The notes under the pieces: model-generated
What the model was told of the DNA's origin: nothing
Seen by the model: only the letters and a program-made list of their open reading frames with translations
Databases searched by the model: none
In this document: piece by piece, positions 18,476-27,293 of the stretch
Layout: the number at the start of each line of letters is the position of its first letter
Numbering within the stretch: the stretch's first letter is position 1
Assembly: GCA_015057665.1 (NCBI GenBank)
Contig: SVDY01000006.1
Coordinates: 35,925-99,924 of the forward strand
Reading direction: 5' to 3'
DNA: 64,000 nucleotides
Source of the DNA: Lachnospiraceae bacterium
GTDB taxonomy: Bacteria; Bacillota; Clostridia; Lachnospirales; Lachnospiraceae
Position numbers and translations under genes: made by a program

Positions 18476-19105
18476 TTATTTATTCGGTTTTGTCGCCTTC
18501 TGTCCAATCTTACTTTCTGTTCCATTCATTAAACGGACAATATTGGCTTTATGTCTGTAAAAAGCAGAAACAGTAAAAATAAGAATTAATCCAAGGTAAA
18601 TCCATTTGCCAGGATAGAAAATCAGGCATGTAATTGGCAGGGATGCTGCAAAGCAAAGGGAAGAAAGGGATACGTATCTTGTAGGAATACATACCACAAG
18701 GAATACGATTACACCAATGAGACCGATTCTCCAGTCAAATCCGAGCATAATAGCAACGGAAGTAGCAATTCCCTTACCGCCTTTAAACTGAAGTTCAAAT
18801 GGATAGTTATGTCCAAGTACCACACCAAGACCAGCAAGGAGACATAATACATTTGCATCCATCTCCGGTGCCATCGGAGCAATAAAGTTTTTTACAATTA
18901 AAAGCCAAATCAGACCTTTTAATGCATCACCAAGGAAAGTAATCAGCGCCCATGGAAATCCAAGGGTACGAAGTACATTGGTTGTTCCTGCATTTCCGCT
19001 TCCATAATCCCTGATGTCAATTTTGTTTAATTTCCCCACAAAGTATCCTGTCTGAAAACATCCAAACAAGTATCCAACTGCTAATACTAAAACTGCGTAC
19101 ATCAT
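18476..19105 (-). CDS. plsY: glycerol-3-phosphate acyltransferase PlsY
   Basis: 209 aa multi-TM; GSGNAGTTNV and KGGKG motifs; TAATG overlap with der. Confidence 0.9.
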   Translation of the reverse strand: MMYAVLVLAVGYLFGCFQTGYFVGKLNKIDIRDYGSGNAGTTNVLRTLGFPWALITFLGDALKGLIWLLIVKNFIAPMAPEMDANVLCLLAGLGVVLGHNYPFELQFKGGKGIATSVAIMLGFDWRIGLIGVIVFLVVCIPTRYVSLSSLCFAASLPITCLIFYPGKWIYLGLILIFTVSAFYRHKANIVRLMNGTESKIGQKATKPNK

Positions 19106-20433
19106 TACTGGTCTTTTTCCTTTCTTTCTCTGGCGATAAATCGGATTGGTGTTCCTCTGAAACCAAAGGTATTACGAACCTGATTCTCAATATATCTCGT
19201 ATAGGAGAAATGCATCAGTTCTTTATCGTTAATAAACATAACAAAGGTCGGCGGCTTTACAGACACCTGAGTCATATAGTAGATGCGAAGTCTCTTGCCT
19301 TTATCAGAAGGCGGCTGTTTCATGGCCATAGCTTCTGTCAGGATTTCATTTAAGACACCAGTCTGAACACGGAGTGTCTGGCTTTCGATAACCATATCGA
19401 TTAAATCAAAAAGCCTTGGAAGTCTCTGTCCTGTCTCAGCAGAGATAAATACAAGTTCTGCATAAGGCATATAGGAAAGTGTCTCTCTGATCTCTGTTGT
19501 AAATTTATTCATGGTCTTATCGTTTTTCTCGATTTTGTCCCATTTGTTTACAGCGATGATAACACCTTTTCCTCTTTCGTGGGCGATACCTGCAATTGTG
19601 GCATCCTGTGCTGTTACGCCTTCGGAAGCATCAATCACAAGTACGGCAACGTCACAGCGTTCTACTGCACTTACGGTACGGATAATACTGAAACGTTCAA
19701 TCTCTTCTTTGATCTTGTTCTTTCTTCTAAGACCGGCTGTATCGATGAAGACATATTCGCGGCCGTTTCTTGTTACAGGTGTATCGATAGCATCTCTTGT
19801 GGTTCCTGCAATGTCGGATACGATAACGCGTTCTTCTCCAAGAAGCTTATTAATAATAGAAGATTTCCCTACGTTTGGCTTTCCAATGATGGCAATACGC
19901 GGTCTGTCATCCTCTTCTTCCTCTAACTGGGCAGGATCAAAGTGTTTTACTACTTCGTCAAGCATGTCGCCAAGGCCAAGTCTGGATGCACCGGACACAG
20001 GAATCGGATCACCGAGTCCTAAGTTATAGAATTCATACACATCCGGCATGAATTTTTCAAAACTGTCCACCTTATTTACTACTAAAACAATTGGTTTTTT
20101 GGAACGTCTTAACATGTCAGCCACATGGTAATCCGCATCCACAAGACCTTGTCTTACGTCAACAAGGAAAATGATAACATCCGCTGTCTCAATTGCTGTC
20201 TCTGCCTGACTTCTCATACTGGATAAGATGATATCATCTGTATTCATCTCGATACCGCCTGTATCGATCATGGTAAAGCTCTTGTCGAGCCATGTAATAT
20301 CTGTATAAATTCTGTCCCTTGTCACGCCAGGGGTATCTTTTACAATAGAGATACGCTGTCCTGCTAAGGCATTGAACAGAGTAGATTTACCAACGTTTGG
20401 TCTTCCAACGATGGCTACAATGGGTTTGCTCAT
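19105..20433 (-). CDS. der: ribosome-associated GTPase Der (EngA)
   Basis: 442 aa; two G domains ([18 protein letters not shown]) plus KH-like C-terminus. Confidence 0.95.
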   Translation of the reverse strand: MSKPIVAIVGRPNVGKSTLFNALAGQRISIVKDTPGVTRDRIYTDITWLDKSFTMIDTGGIEMNTDDIILSSMRSQAETAIETADVIIFLVDVRQGLVDADYHVADMLRRSKKPIVLVVNKVDSFEKFMPDVYEFYNLGLGDPIPVSGASRLGLGDMLDEVVKHFDPAQLEEEEDDRPRIAIIGKPNVGKSSIINKLLGEERVIVSDIAGTTRDAIDTPVTRNGREYVFIDTAGLRRKNKIKEEIERFSIIRTVSAVERCDVAVLVIDASEGVTAQDATIAGIAHERGKGVIIAVNKWDKIEKNDKTMNKFTTEIRETLSYMPYAELVFISAETGQRLPRLFDLIDMVIESQTLRVQTGVLNEILTEAMAMKQPPSDKGKRLRIYYMTQVSVKPPTFVMFINDKELMHFSYTRYIENQVRNTFGFRGTPIRFIARERKEKDQ

Positions 20434-20436
20434 GTA

Positions 20437-21786
20437 TTACTCCTCCTCCGGGCATTCTCCCAGTAATTTGTACAATAATTCTTTTCCATCAGCTTTTACA
20501 ATCTCAACCTTTACGTCTAAGGAAGACTGCACGCCGTTTAAGGTTACATCATCTAAGAATACATCTTCTCCGGAACGAAGCACATTCTCCGGCAGCAAGA
20601 GAGTCTCTCCAAGTTCTTTACCTTTTAACTGACCGATAATATCCTGACCGGTGAGTAAACCGGAAACGGTTACTTTCTCTCCGAAGAAACGGTTCTCAAT
20701 CTCATATACCCGGATGAACAGCCATGGATGTTCTTCCATCACCTGTTCTGCCATATAACAGATCATATCGTAGGCCAGCTTCCCTGTGGCCACAGAGATT
20801 ACCTTCTTTTCTTCCACACAGCTTTTTTTGCGTTCATTTGCTTTATATTCTTCAAAAGCCTCTTCAAATTCATTGCACAAAAGACGCATCATTCCAACGC
20901 CGTTCTCTAACTGAATATAGCCGTCATAGCGTTCTTCTTCCGGAAACGGAAGGCCTGCAAGAATATACCATTCATCGCTTGCATGAATAAAATGGGTACC
21001 GTGGCTTACAAAGAATTTCTTCTGCCATTTTTCCACCATCTCAATGACATCCAATGCATCTTCTTTTGTAAAAGGCTCAAGCTGTTCCAGCCCATCTCGA
21101 TATTTCGTAAGTCCAACCGGTACGATGGATACACTCTCCATATGCGGAAGATAAGCTGACAAATCCTTAATGGTTCTTTCCAATTCTTCTCCGTCATTCC
21201 AGCCTTTGCAAAGAACAATCTGTCCATTCATTGGAATCTCTGCTTCAAATAACTTATCAATGTAAGACAACACGTTGCCGGCAAAGCGGTTGTGAAGCAT
21301 TTTACAGCGAAGTTCCGGATTGGTTGTATGCACGGAAATGTTGATAGGTGCAAGTCTGTAACGGATAATTCGGTCAATCTCTTCTTCTTTCATATTGGTA
21401 AGTGTAATATAATTGCCCTGAAGGAAAGAAAGTCTGGAATCGTCATCTTTAAAGTATAAAGTTTCCCTCATTCCAGGAGGCATCTGATCGATAAAGCAGA
21501 AGATACATTTGTTCTGACAGGATTTATAATCGTCCATCAGATTGGAAGAAAAAATGATACCAAGATCATCGTCTGCATCTTTTTCAATCTCCCAGATTTC
21601 TTCTTCTCCGTTTTTGTGCTGTACTAACAGCTCAATATTTTCATCTTCCATGAAAAACTGGTAATCAAAGATATCAAGAATCGGCTCTCCATTGATTTCC
21701 AAAATCGCATCACCAGGCACCAGCCCCAGTTCTTCGGCTGTACTGCCAGGTTTCACTCCCACAATAATATGTTCCTGTAATGCCAT
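20437..21786 (-). CDS. DUF512 domain protein (PDZ plus radical-SAM-like core)
   Basis: 449 aa; N-terminal PDZ-like segment, CQNKCIFCF motif; conserved position upstream of der in Clostridia. Confidence 0.8.
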   Translation of the reverse strand: MALQEHIIVGVKPGSTAEELGLVPGDAILEINGEPILDIFDYQFFMEDENIELLVQHKNGEEEIWEIEKDADDDLGIIFSSNLMDDYKSCQNKCIFCFIDQMPPGMRETLYFKDDDSRLSFLQGNYITLTNMKEEEIDRIIRYRLAPINISVHTTNPELRCKMLHNRFAGNVLSYIDKLFEAEIPMNGQIVLCKGWNDGEELERTIKDLSAYLPHMESVSIVPVGLTKYRDGLEQLEPFTKEDALDVIEMVEKWQKKFFVSHGTHFIHASDEWYILAGLPFPEEERYDGYIQLENGVGMMRLLCNEFEEAFEEYKANERKKSCVEEKKVISVATGKLAYDMICYMAEQVMEEHPWLFIRVYEIENRFFGEKVTVSGLLTGQDIIGQLKGKELGETLLLPENVLRSGEDVFLDDVTLNGVQSSLDVKVEIVKADGKELLYKLLGECPEEE

Positions 21787-21796
21787 AATATCCTCC

Positions 21797-22648
21797 TTAT
21801 ATCAGACACAAAATCACAGACAGATTCCCTCTTTTTCCGTGACTGGCACGATGGGAAAAAAGAAATTCCGGATTGCAGCAGGTGCAAAGGTCTGTTACCG
21901 CAAGATGTTCCGGACAGATTCCTGCATCCAGCAAAATAAATTCGTTTGCCTTCCATAAATCCAGCTGAAATTTCCCATTCTCTTTTTCTATTATCATCTC
22001 TTCGTATTGTTCCCTGGAAAAAACATTCTCAAACTGCACAGCAACCTCTGCACTGACTTCATAACAGTCCTGGCAGATAGAAGGGCCGATAACGGCCAGA
22101 ATATCTTCTCTTCGGCATCCCATCTCCTGCTCCATCATGGCGATGGTCTTCTCTCCAATTCTGCCGACAGTACCTTTCCAGCCGGAATGGGACGTGGCAA
22201 TGACCCTCTTTACAGGATCGTAAAAGATAAGCGGAACACAGTCCGCAAAGAAAGCAACAAGAGGAATTCCTTTTTTATCTGTCATCAGTCCATCGATTTC
22301 AAATAATGGAGCTTTATCCGGGAATAACCCTCTTCCCCTGTCTTCCTCTGTCACCCTATAAATATCGGTCTTGTGCACCTGGTGTGACAAAACCGCCTGA
22401 TTCATGTCAAGCCCAAGACTTTCACCAAGTAAACGGTAATTCTCTCTCACATCTTCTTCTCTGTCTCCTCTGGTAAAGCTAAGATTCATGGAAGAACAAT
22501 CTCCTGTGCTGACTCCGCCTAATCTTGTTGTAAAGGCACAAACCAATCCTTCTCTTTCCAACAAAGGAAAAGAAAGATATGTGACGCCTTTTTCAGTCCT
22601 GATTCTTGTCGAACAATTGTCATTGGTATAATGAAGATTCATCTCCAT
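21797..22648 (-). CDS. pgeF: peptidoglycan editing factor PgeF (YfiH/DUF152 laccase-domain protein)
   Basis: 283 aa; ADCVP, HSGWKG and C..C motifs typical of the YfiH family. Confidence 0.85.
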   Translation of the reverse strand: MEMNLHYTNDNCSTRIRTEKGVTYLSFPLLEREGLVCAFTTRLGGVSTGDCSSMNLSFTRGDREEDVRENYRLLGESLGLDMNQAVLSHQVHKTDIYRVTEEDRGRGLFPDKAPLFEIDGLMTDKKGIPLVAFFADCVPLIFYDPVKRVIATSHSGWKGTVGRIGEKTIAMMEQEMGCRREDILAVIGPSICQDCYEVSAEVAVQFENVFSREQYEEMIIEKENGKFQLDLWKANEFILLDAGICPEHLAVTDLCTCCNPEFLFSHRASHGKRGNLSVILCLI

Positions 22649-22776
22649 GGCAATGGTTCCTTTCTTATTACTTATTGCTTATTTATTGCTTGCTTACTGA
22701 TTGCTTGCTTCTCTTATTTTTCTTGTTTTTGTATTTCTCTTGTTTACCGCCTGCAAATGAGGAATCAAATCTCCTC

Positions 22777-23133
22777 TTATATGCAGTACTCAAATGCATT
22801 TTCTATATGGCGGATCCGGCTTCCCAGAATCTCCACCACATCAAAACGGACCGGAGTCATCTGTGAAATATGCTCCCGAAGACAAAATACGCTTGCAGTA
22901 TGGCAGATTCTTCTCCGTTTATAATAAGTCAGAGCTTCTCCCGGATATCCACATCCTTCATTTATTCTGGCTTTTACCTCAACAAAAACAAGAATCTGTC
23001 CTTCCCAGCCGATCAGGTCAATCTCCCCCTGACGGCATCGGTAATTCCTGGCAATGATCCCAATTCCTTTTCTTTTCAAATAGGATTCTGCAAGCCGTTC
23101 TGCATTCTGTCCGATTAATTTATTCTGTTTCAT
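22777..23133 (-). CDS. yraN: YraN family endonuclease-like protein (UPF0102)
   Basis: 118 aa; GEIDLIG...VFVEVKAR motif. Confidence 0.85.
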   Translation of the reverse strand: MKQNKLIGQNAERLAESYLKRKGIGIIARNYRCRQGEIDLIGWEGQILVFVEVKARINEGCGYPGEALTYYKRRRICHTASVFCLREHISQMTPVRFDVVEILGSRIRHIENAFEYCI

Positions 23134-23209
23134 ACTGTCTCCTGTTCCCCTCTCCGGGTACAGCGCAGACTATCTGTCGATACGGGGAGTTCTCTTCTTC
23201 TAATCCCCC

Positions 23210-23968
23210 TTATATCAAATTTTTAATAAAAGTTCTTCTATGTATGGCACAGGGTCCCATCTGCTTCAGGCCTTCGATATGTTTTGCACTTCCATATCCT
23301 TTATTACCCGCAAAATCATAACCCGGATACACAGAATCAAGCTGCTCCATCAAACGGTCTCTCGTTACTTTAGCAATAATACTGGCCGCTGCAATGGAAG
23401 CGCTCTTGGCATCTCCTTTTATAATGGGCACCTGTTTTATAGAAACCTCCGGAATGGTCACTGCATCGTTTAGCAAAACTGCAGGCGGTACAGTAAGCTG
23501 GCCAATGGCCATCCTCATAGCCTCATAAGTTGCCTGCAAAATATTTATCTCATCGATTCGTTCATGGCTGACAAGACCGATTCCCACAGATACAGCCTTC
23601 TCCATAATCTCCTCATATAACTCTTCTCTCTTTTTAGCTGATAGCTGCTTGGAATCATTCACATAAAGAATCCTGCAGTCTTTTGGCAGAACCACTGCTG
23701 CTGCCACTACAGGACCCGCAAGAGGCCCTCTCCCCACTTCATCAATTCCACATACATAGCCCATAGGTGCATACGTATCCTCATACTGATTCATCTGCTC
23801 TAAACGAACCAGTTCTTCTTGGTATTTCTGATATGCTTTGACCGCTGTTTCTCTGATTTTTTTAACACCGGCTCGGTCATCCTCCTGAATGGATTCTATA
23901 AACTCAGGCAGTTCTTCCAAAGAACAGGCCTGGTAACGATTCTTAATCTGGCTGATCTTCTCTTTCAT
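23210..23968 (-). CDS. rnhB: ribonuclease HII
   Basis: 252 aa; GIDEVGRGPLAGPVV and DSK motifs. Confidence 0.9.
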   Translation of the reverse strand: MKEKISQIKNRYQACSLEELPEFIESIQEDDRAGVKKIRETAVKAYQKYQEELVRLEQMNQYEDTYAPMGYVCGIDEVGRGPLAGPVVAAAVVLPKDCRILYVNDSKQLSAKKREELYEEIMEKAVSVGIGLVSHERIDEINILQATYEAMRMAIGQLTVPPAVLLNDAVTIPEVSIKQVPIIKGDAKSASIAAASIIAKVTRDRLMEQLDSVYPGYDFAGNKGYGSAKHIEGLKQMGPCAIHRRTFIKNLI

Positions 23969-24502
23969 CTACTCCACAAACCCCATCTGATCAAAAGGAT
24001 AAATACGGAAGAATGCTCTTCCTTCAATATCATCCCTGTGAATCAGTCCTACACTCTCATATCTGCTGTCCTGACTGATTGGTCTGTTATCACCAAGCAC
24101 AAAATATTCGTCCTCGCCGATGGCAATAGGTTCACCGGCAATGCCTGACTCTGTCTCCTCCGTTATGCCATAAACGTCCGTTTCTAATAATTCCCCGTTG
24201 ATGTACACGGAACCATCTTTGATCTGAACTGTCTCGCCGGGAAGTCCGATTACTCTCTTGATATAGAAAACTTCCGGCTTGGTAGGACATGGGAAGATAA
24301 TAACCTCAAAACGTTCCGGATCCCTGAAATGATAAGTTAATTTGTCCATAATCAGGTTATCTTCATCTGACAGAGTCGGCTCCATAGAATCCCCATTGAC
24401 CGCTGTTCTCTGTCCCACAAATGTAATAATTACATAAACAGTGATAAAGATAAATGCAAGATATAAAATCATGTTCAATATTTCTTTTTTTGGATTTTCC
24501 AT
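23969..24502 (-). CDS. lepB: signal peptidase I
   Basis: 177 aa; TM anchor, GDSMEPT (Ser box), KRVIGLPGE (Lys box), GDNR..S.DSR. Confidence 0.85.
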   Translation of the reverse strand: MENPKKEILNMILYLAFIFITVYVIITFVGQRTAVNGDSMEPTLSDEDNLIMDKLTYHFRDPERFEVIIFPCPTKPEVFYIKRVIGLPGETVQIKDGSVYINGELLETDVYGITEETESGIAGEPIAIGEDEYFVLGDNRPISQDSRYESVGLIHRDDIEGRAFFRIYPFDQMGFVE

Positions 24503-24515
24503 GCTGTTGCCTCCT

Positions 24516-25361
24516 TTATTCAGGCAGTTCCAGAGTAATACGGCCTATCTTGCCGCTTCTGAAGTCTTCCATAACAATAGCTGCAGCTTTTTCAAAATCC
24601 ACTTCACCGCCCTGCTTCTTGCAGAATCTGACTTCTGCAATATGGCTTAAGGTCTGTTCCGGTGTCAGTTCTTCCTCCGGAAGGCTGTAGCGCTCCTTTA
24701 ACTGAGCCGGATATGTCTCCTTTAAGAACTTAATCAGATTTAAAGATAACTCTTCCACCTGAATGATCTCGTCCTTGATAGAGCCGATAAACGCCAGATG
24801 AAGACCTACCGTCTGATCTTCAAATTTTGGCCATAAAATACCCGGTGTATCCAAAAGTTCCACATCTTTGTTGATCTTGATCCACTGTTTTCCCTTTGTA
24901 ACACCTGGTTTGTTGCCCGTCTTTGTACAGGCTTTCCCTGCAAAACTGTTAATAAAAGTGGATTTCCCAACGTTTGGAATTCCTGCCACCATGGCACGGA
25001 TCGGACGGTTCATGATTCCTCTCTTTCGGTCACGTTCCATCTTTTCCCTGCAGGCTTCCATAATGGCACCTTTTACATTCTTGATTCCCTGTCCTTTCTG
25101 AGCATTAACCTTCACAACAAAGAATCCTTTTTCTTTATAATAGTTCTCCCACTGACGGGTCGCTTCCTCGTCTGCAAGATCTGCTTTATTTAAAATAACA
25201 AGTCTGAATTTGTTATTGGCAAGCTGATCAATGTCCGGATTCTTACTGGATCTTGGAACACGGGCATCTAAAAGCTCAACTACAATATCGATCAGCTTGA
25301 TATTTTCCTGCATCATTCGCTTTGCCTTGGTCATGTGACCAGGATACCACTGAAAATGCAT
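24516..25361 (-). CDS. rbgA: ribosome biogenesis GTPase A (YlqF/RbgA)
   Basis: 281 aa; WYPGHM start, circularly permuted G motifs (NKADL, GIPNVGKST). Confidence 0.9.
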   Translation of the reverse strand: MHFQWYPGHMTKAKRMMQENIKLIDIVVELLDARVPRSSKNPDIDQLANNKFRLVILNKADLADEEATRQWENYYKEKGFFVVKVNAQKGQGIKNVKGAIMEACREKMERDRKRGIMNRPIRAMVAGIPNVGKSTFINSFAGKACTKTGNKPGVTKGKQWIKINKDVELLDTPGILWPKFEDQTVGLHLAFIGSIKDEIIQVEELSLNLIKFLKETYPAQLKERYSLPEEELTPEQTLSHIAEVRFCKKQGGEVDFEKAAAIVMEDFRSGKIGRITLELPE

Positions 25362-25365
25362 CTAA

Positions 25366-25947
25366 TCATCCTTTCTTTTTGTACAGTTTCGTCTGCACTT
25401 TGCCAATCATATTCTCTCTCTCTATATTGCCGACACTGGCCACACGGGAATCCTCACTGTTATTGCAGTTGTCTCCCATAACGAAGTATTCATTCTCATC
25501 AAGAATGATCTCCTCAGACGCCAGCCCTGCATAGTTTATATCGGAAAAAGCCGGAAACAGATCCACACTTTCTCCGTTAATTTTCAAAACACCATCTTCA
25601 ATAATGATACTGTCTCCCGGCACACCCACAATTCGTTTTATGGAATAATGACCGTCTTCACTGCCGGTTCGAAAAGCCGCCATATCATATCTTTTCGGCT
25701 CTGATATCTTATATATGAATTTGTTCACCAGAACCACATCACCATCAGAATAAGTCTCTTCTAAAGATTCTCCTCTTACGGTCAGCGTCTGTACGCCAAA
25801 TTGGACTGTCAAAAATGCAAGCAGAATCACAATTGCAATCTGACCACACCACTTTGCAACACCCACTGCTATGTCACGGCCGCGGTTTGTCTCTGTATAC
25901 CGGCTGAAACTGTAATTTCTTCTTCTGACTCTGCGTCTTGCCATCAA
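25366..25947 (-). CDS. lepB: signal peptidase I (second paralog)
   Basis: 193 aa; TM anchor, KRIVGVPGD Lys box, GDN..NSEDSR; Ser box is divergent (GESLEET). Confidence 0.8.
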   Translation of the reverse strand: MMARRRVRRRNYSFSRYTETNRGRDIAVGVAKWCGQIAIVILLAFLTVQFGVQTLTVRGESLEETYSDGDVVLVNKFIYKISEPKRYDMAAFRTGSEDGHYSIKRIVGVPGDSIIIEDGVLKINGESVDLFPAFSDINYAGLASEEIILDENEYFVMGDNCNNSEDSRVASVGNIERENMIGKVQTKLYKKKG

Positions 25948-26112
25948 ACATCCTCCTTACCACAACAAGAAACGAAAAGGCACCTTCCTTCGTTTCTCTC
26001 TGCAGCAGTTATAGTAGAAAATCAAACAATAACCCATTATTTGATTATTTTTATTTTACCCTTGATTTACAAAAAGGACAAGTATAAAATACTCGTCCTT
26101 TTCTTTGAGTCA

Positions 26113-26460
26113 TTATTTAACTAATTCTTTAACCTTAGCTGCTTTACCAACTCTTGTTCTTAAGTAGTTAAGTTTAGCACGTCTTACTTTACCTCTTCTT
26201 ACTACTTCGATTTTTTCGATTACTGGGGAGTGTACTGGCCATGTTTTTTCAACGCCTACACCGTTAGATGTTTTTCTAACTGTGAATGTTTCTCTTACTC
26301 CGCCGCCCTGTCTTTTTAAAACAGTTCCTTCGAATAACTGAACACGTTCTCTGTTACCTTCTTTTACTTTAGCGTAAACTTTTACTGTGTCACCTACGCG
26401 GAAAGGTGTAACTTCAGCTTTTAACTGAGCTGCTTCGATGTTTTTAATAATATTGTTCAT
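26113..26460 (-). CDS. rplS: 50S ribosomal protein L19
   Basis: 115 aa from [13 protein letters not shown]...; AGGAGG SD 7 nt upstream; the ORF-track 26-aa N-terminal extension is rejected. Confidence 0.95.
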   Translation of the reverse strand: MNNIIKNIEAAQLKAEVTPFRVGDTVKVYAKVKEGNRERVQLFEGTVLKRQGGGVRETFTVRKTSNGVGVEKTWPVHSPVIEKIEVVRRGKVRRAKLNYLRTRVGKAAKVKELVK

Positions 26461-26590
26461 TTGTGTGACCTCCTGATATAATTTAGATGTTCTTAAATAC
26501 GTACTGTGAGGCTCTTTCGCTCTCCGGCGGTGTAACACTCTTTAGAGTCTCCGTAACAGAGGACCATCCGTTTCTTTTCACAACTCTGAT

Positions 26591-26619
26591 ATGATAGCAT
26601 AGAATTTGTCCAATTGCAA
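26591..26619 (-). promoter_or_regulatory. putative sigma-A promoter for rplS (TTGCAA-17-TATCAT)
   Basis: -35 at 26619-26614, 17-nt spacer, -10 at 26596-26591; lies inside the left arm of the palindrome; a degenerate mirror copy (TTGCAA-17-TCGTAT) faces rightward at 26828-26856. Confidence 0.5.
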
Positions 26620-26851
26620 GCACTTTTTGGTAGTTGTTCGAATGGAATTGTCATATTTTTCACTCGAAACCCGCTCCCGCTCAGTGCCAAACGCAACGGT
26701 ACTAACCTCGCACTTCAGTGGTATATAATTCCATAAAATCTAGTGCTCGCTAAGTGCCGGCGTTTGTCAATGGTTCCTCATTGAAAAATATGACAATTCC
26801 ATTCGGGATAAGGCTGCAACGAACTGCTTGCAATTCTTTCAATTCTATGCT
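26596..26851. repeat. 256-bp imperfect palindrome with a 24-bp perfect inverted-repeat core
   Basis: CGAATGGAATTGTCATATTTTTCA (26639-26662) is the exact reverse complement of 26782-26805, with a 119-bp spacer; the outer arms share further 11-nt blocks (26596-26606/26841-26851 and 26612-26622/26825-26835). Confidence 0.9.
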
Positions 26852-27084
26852 CGTATATTTATATTTCTATTTTGTTCAAAAAATAGGATTCATAATAATT
26901 AAAATCTGATTCATAAATCAGCAGATGTAAAAACATTACACCAGCGCATCTTGTTTCGCATTATATATAGTATAATTTGAAGAAAACTGATGGTAGACTC
27001 CAGTATCTTGAAGTATCAGCGGACAGCTTTGAAAATATTCTGGACTAGCAAAACATGCGGAGAAGGCCTAGAAATTCTTGGTGA

Positions 27085-27215
27085 ATCAAAAGAAACGGAA
27101 TAGCAAAATTCCACTGTTTGAACACTTAAATTGTATCGCTTATTAGACATTCTAGTGAGTTTGGAATTTTGCGAAAACATCCATAGAATAAATCTCTTAA
27201 GCCGTTTCTTTTGAT
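27085..27215. repeat. nested inverted repeats forming a ~130-nt hairpin
   Basis: Outer 14-bp stem ATCAAAAGAAACGG (27085-27098) / CCGTTTCTTTTGAT (27202-27215); inner 11-bp stem GCAAAATTCCA (27103-27113) / TGGAATTTTGC (27162-27172). Confidence 0.85.
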
Positions 27216-27293
27216 GAACCATAGATTTTCTTGCCGACAGAGCCGTTTTGATGACCAGAAAATTTTCCAAACTGTCCGTCTGATACACAACAT

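Noticed and set aside
19511-20029. 172-aa plus-strand ORF antisense to der (also 10222-10656 in alr, 53564-54004 in the DUF554 gene, 16756-17127 in the ABC-F gene)
   Set aside because: The reasoning is the same: they lie opposite confidently identified genes and have no independent signals.
23969-25947. Two signal peptidase I genes flanking rbgA as a possible recent duplication or accessory insertion
   Set aside because: The two proteins are highly diverged from each other, and the rplS-lepB-ylqF-(lepB)-rnhB arrangement is common in Firmicutes. I judged it ordinary.
26461-26538. N-terminal extensions proposed by the ORF track for rplS (and likewise yugP-like, yebC, rex, ilvC, gatB-like, dapA, DUF554, cysS, PHP, mtnK-like, methyltransferase)
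   Set aside because: In each case an internal Met or GTG matches the canonical family N-terminus and has a properly spaced SD, while the upstream start has none.
26493-26696. 67-aa minus-strand ORF in the rplS upstream region
   Set aside because: It runs through the rplS promoter, leader and palindrome arm. It has no SD and an implausible composition.
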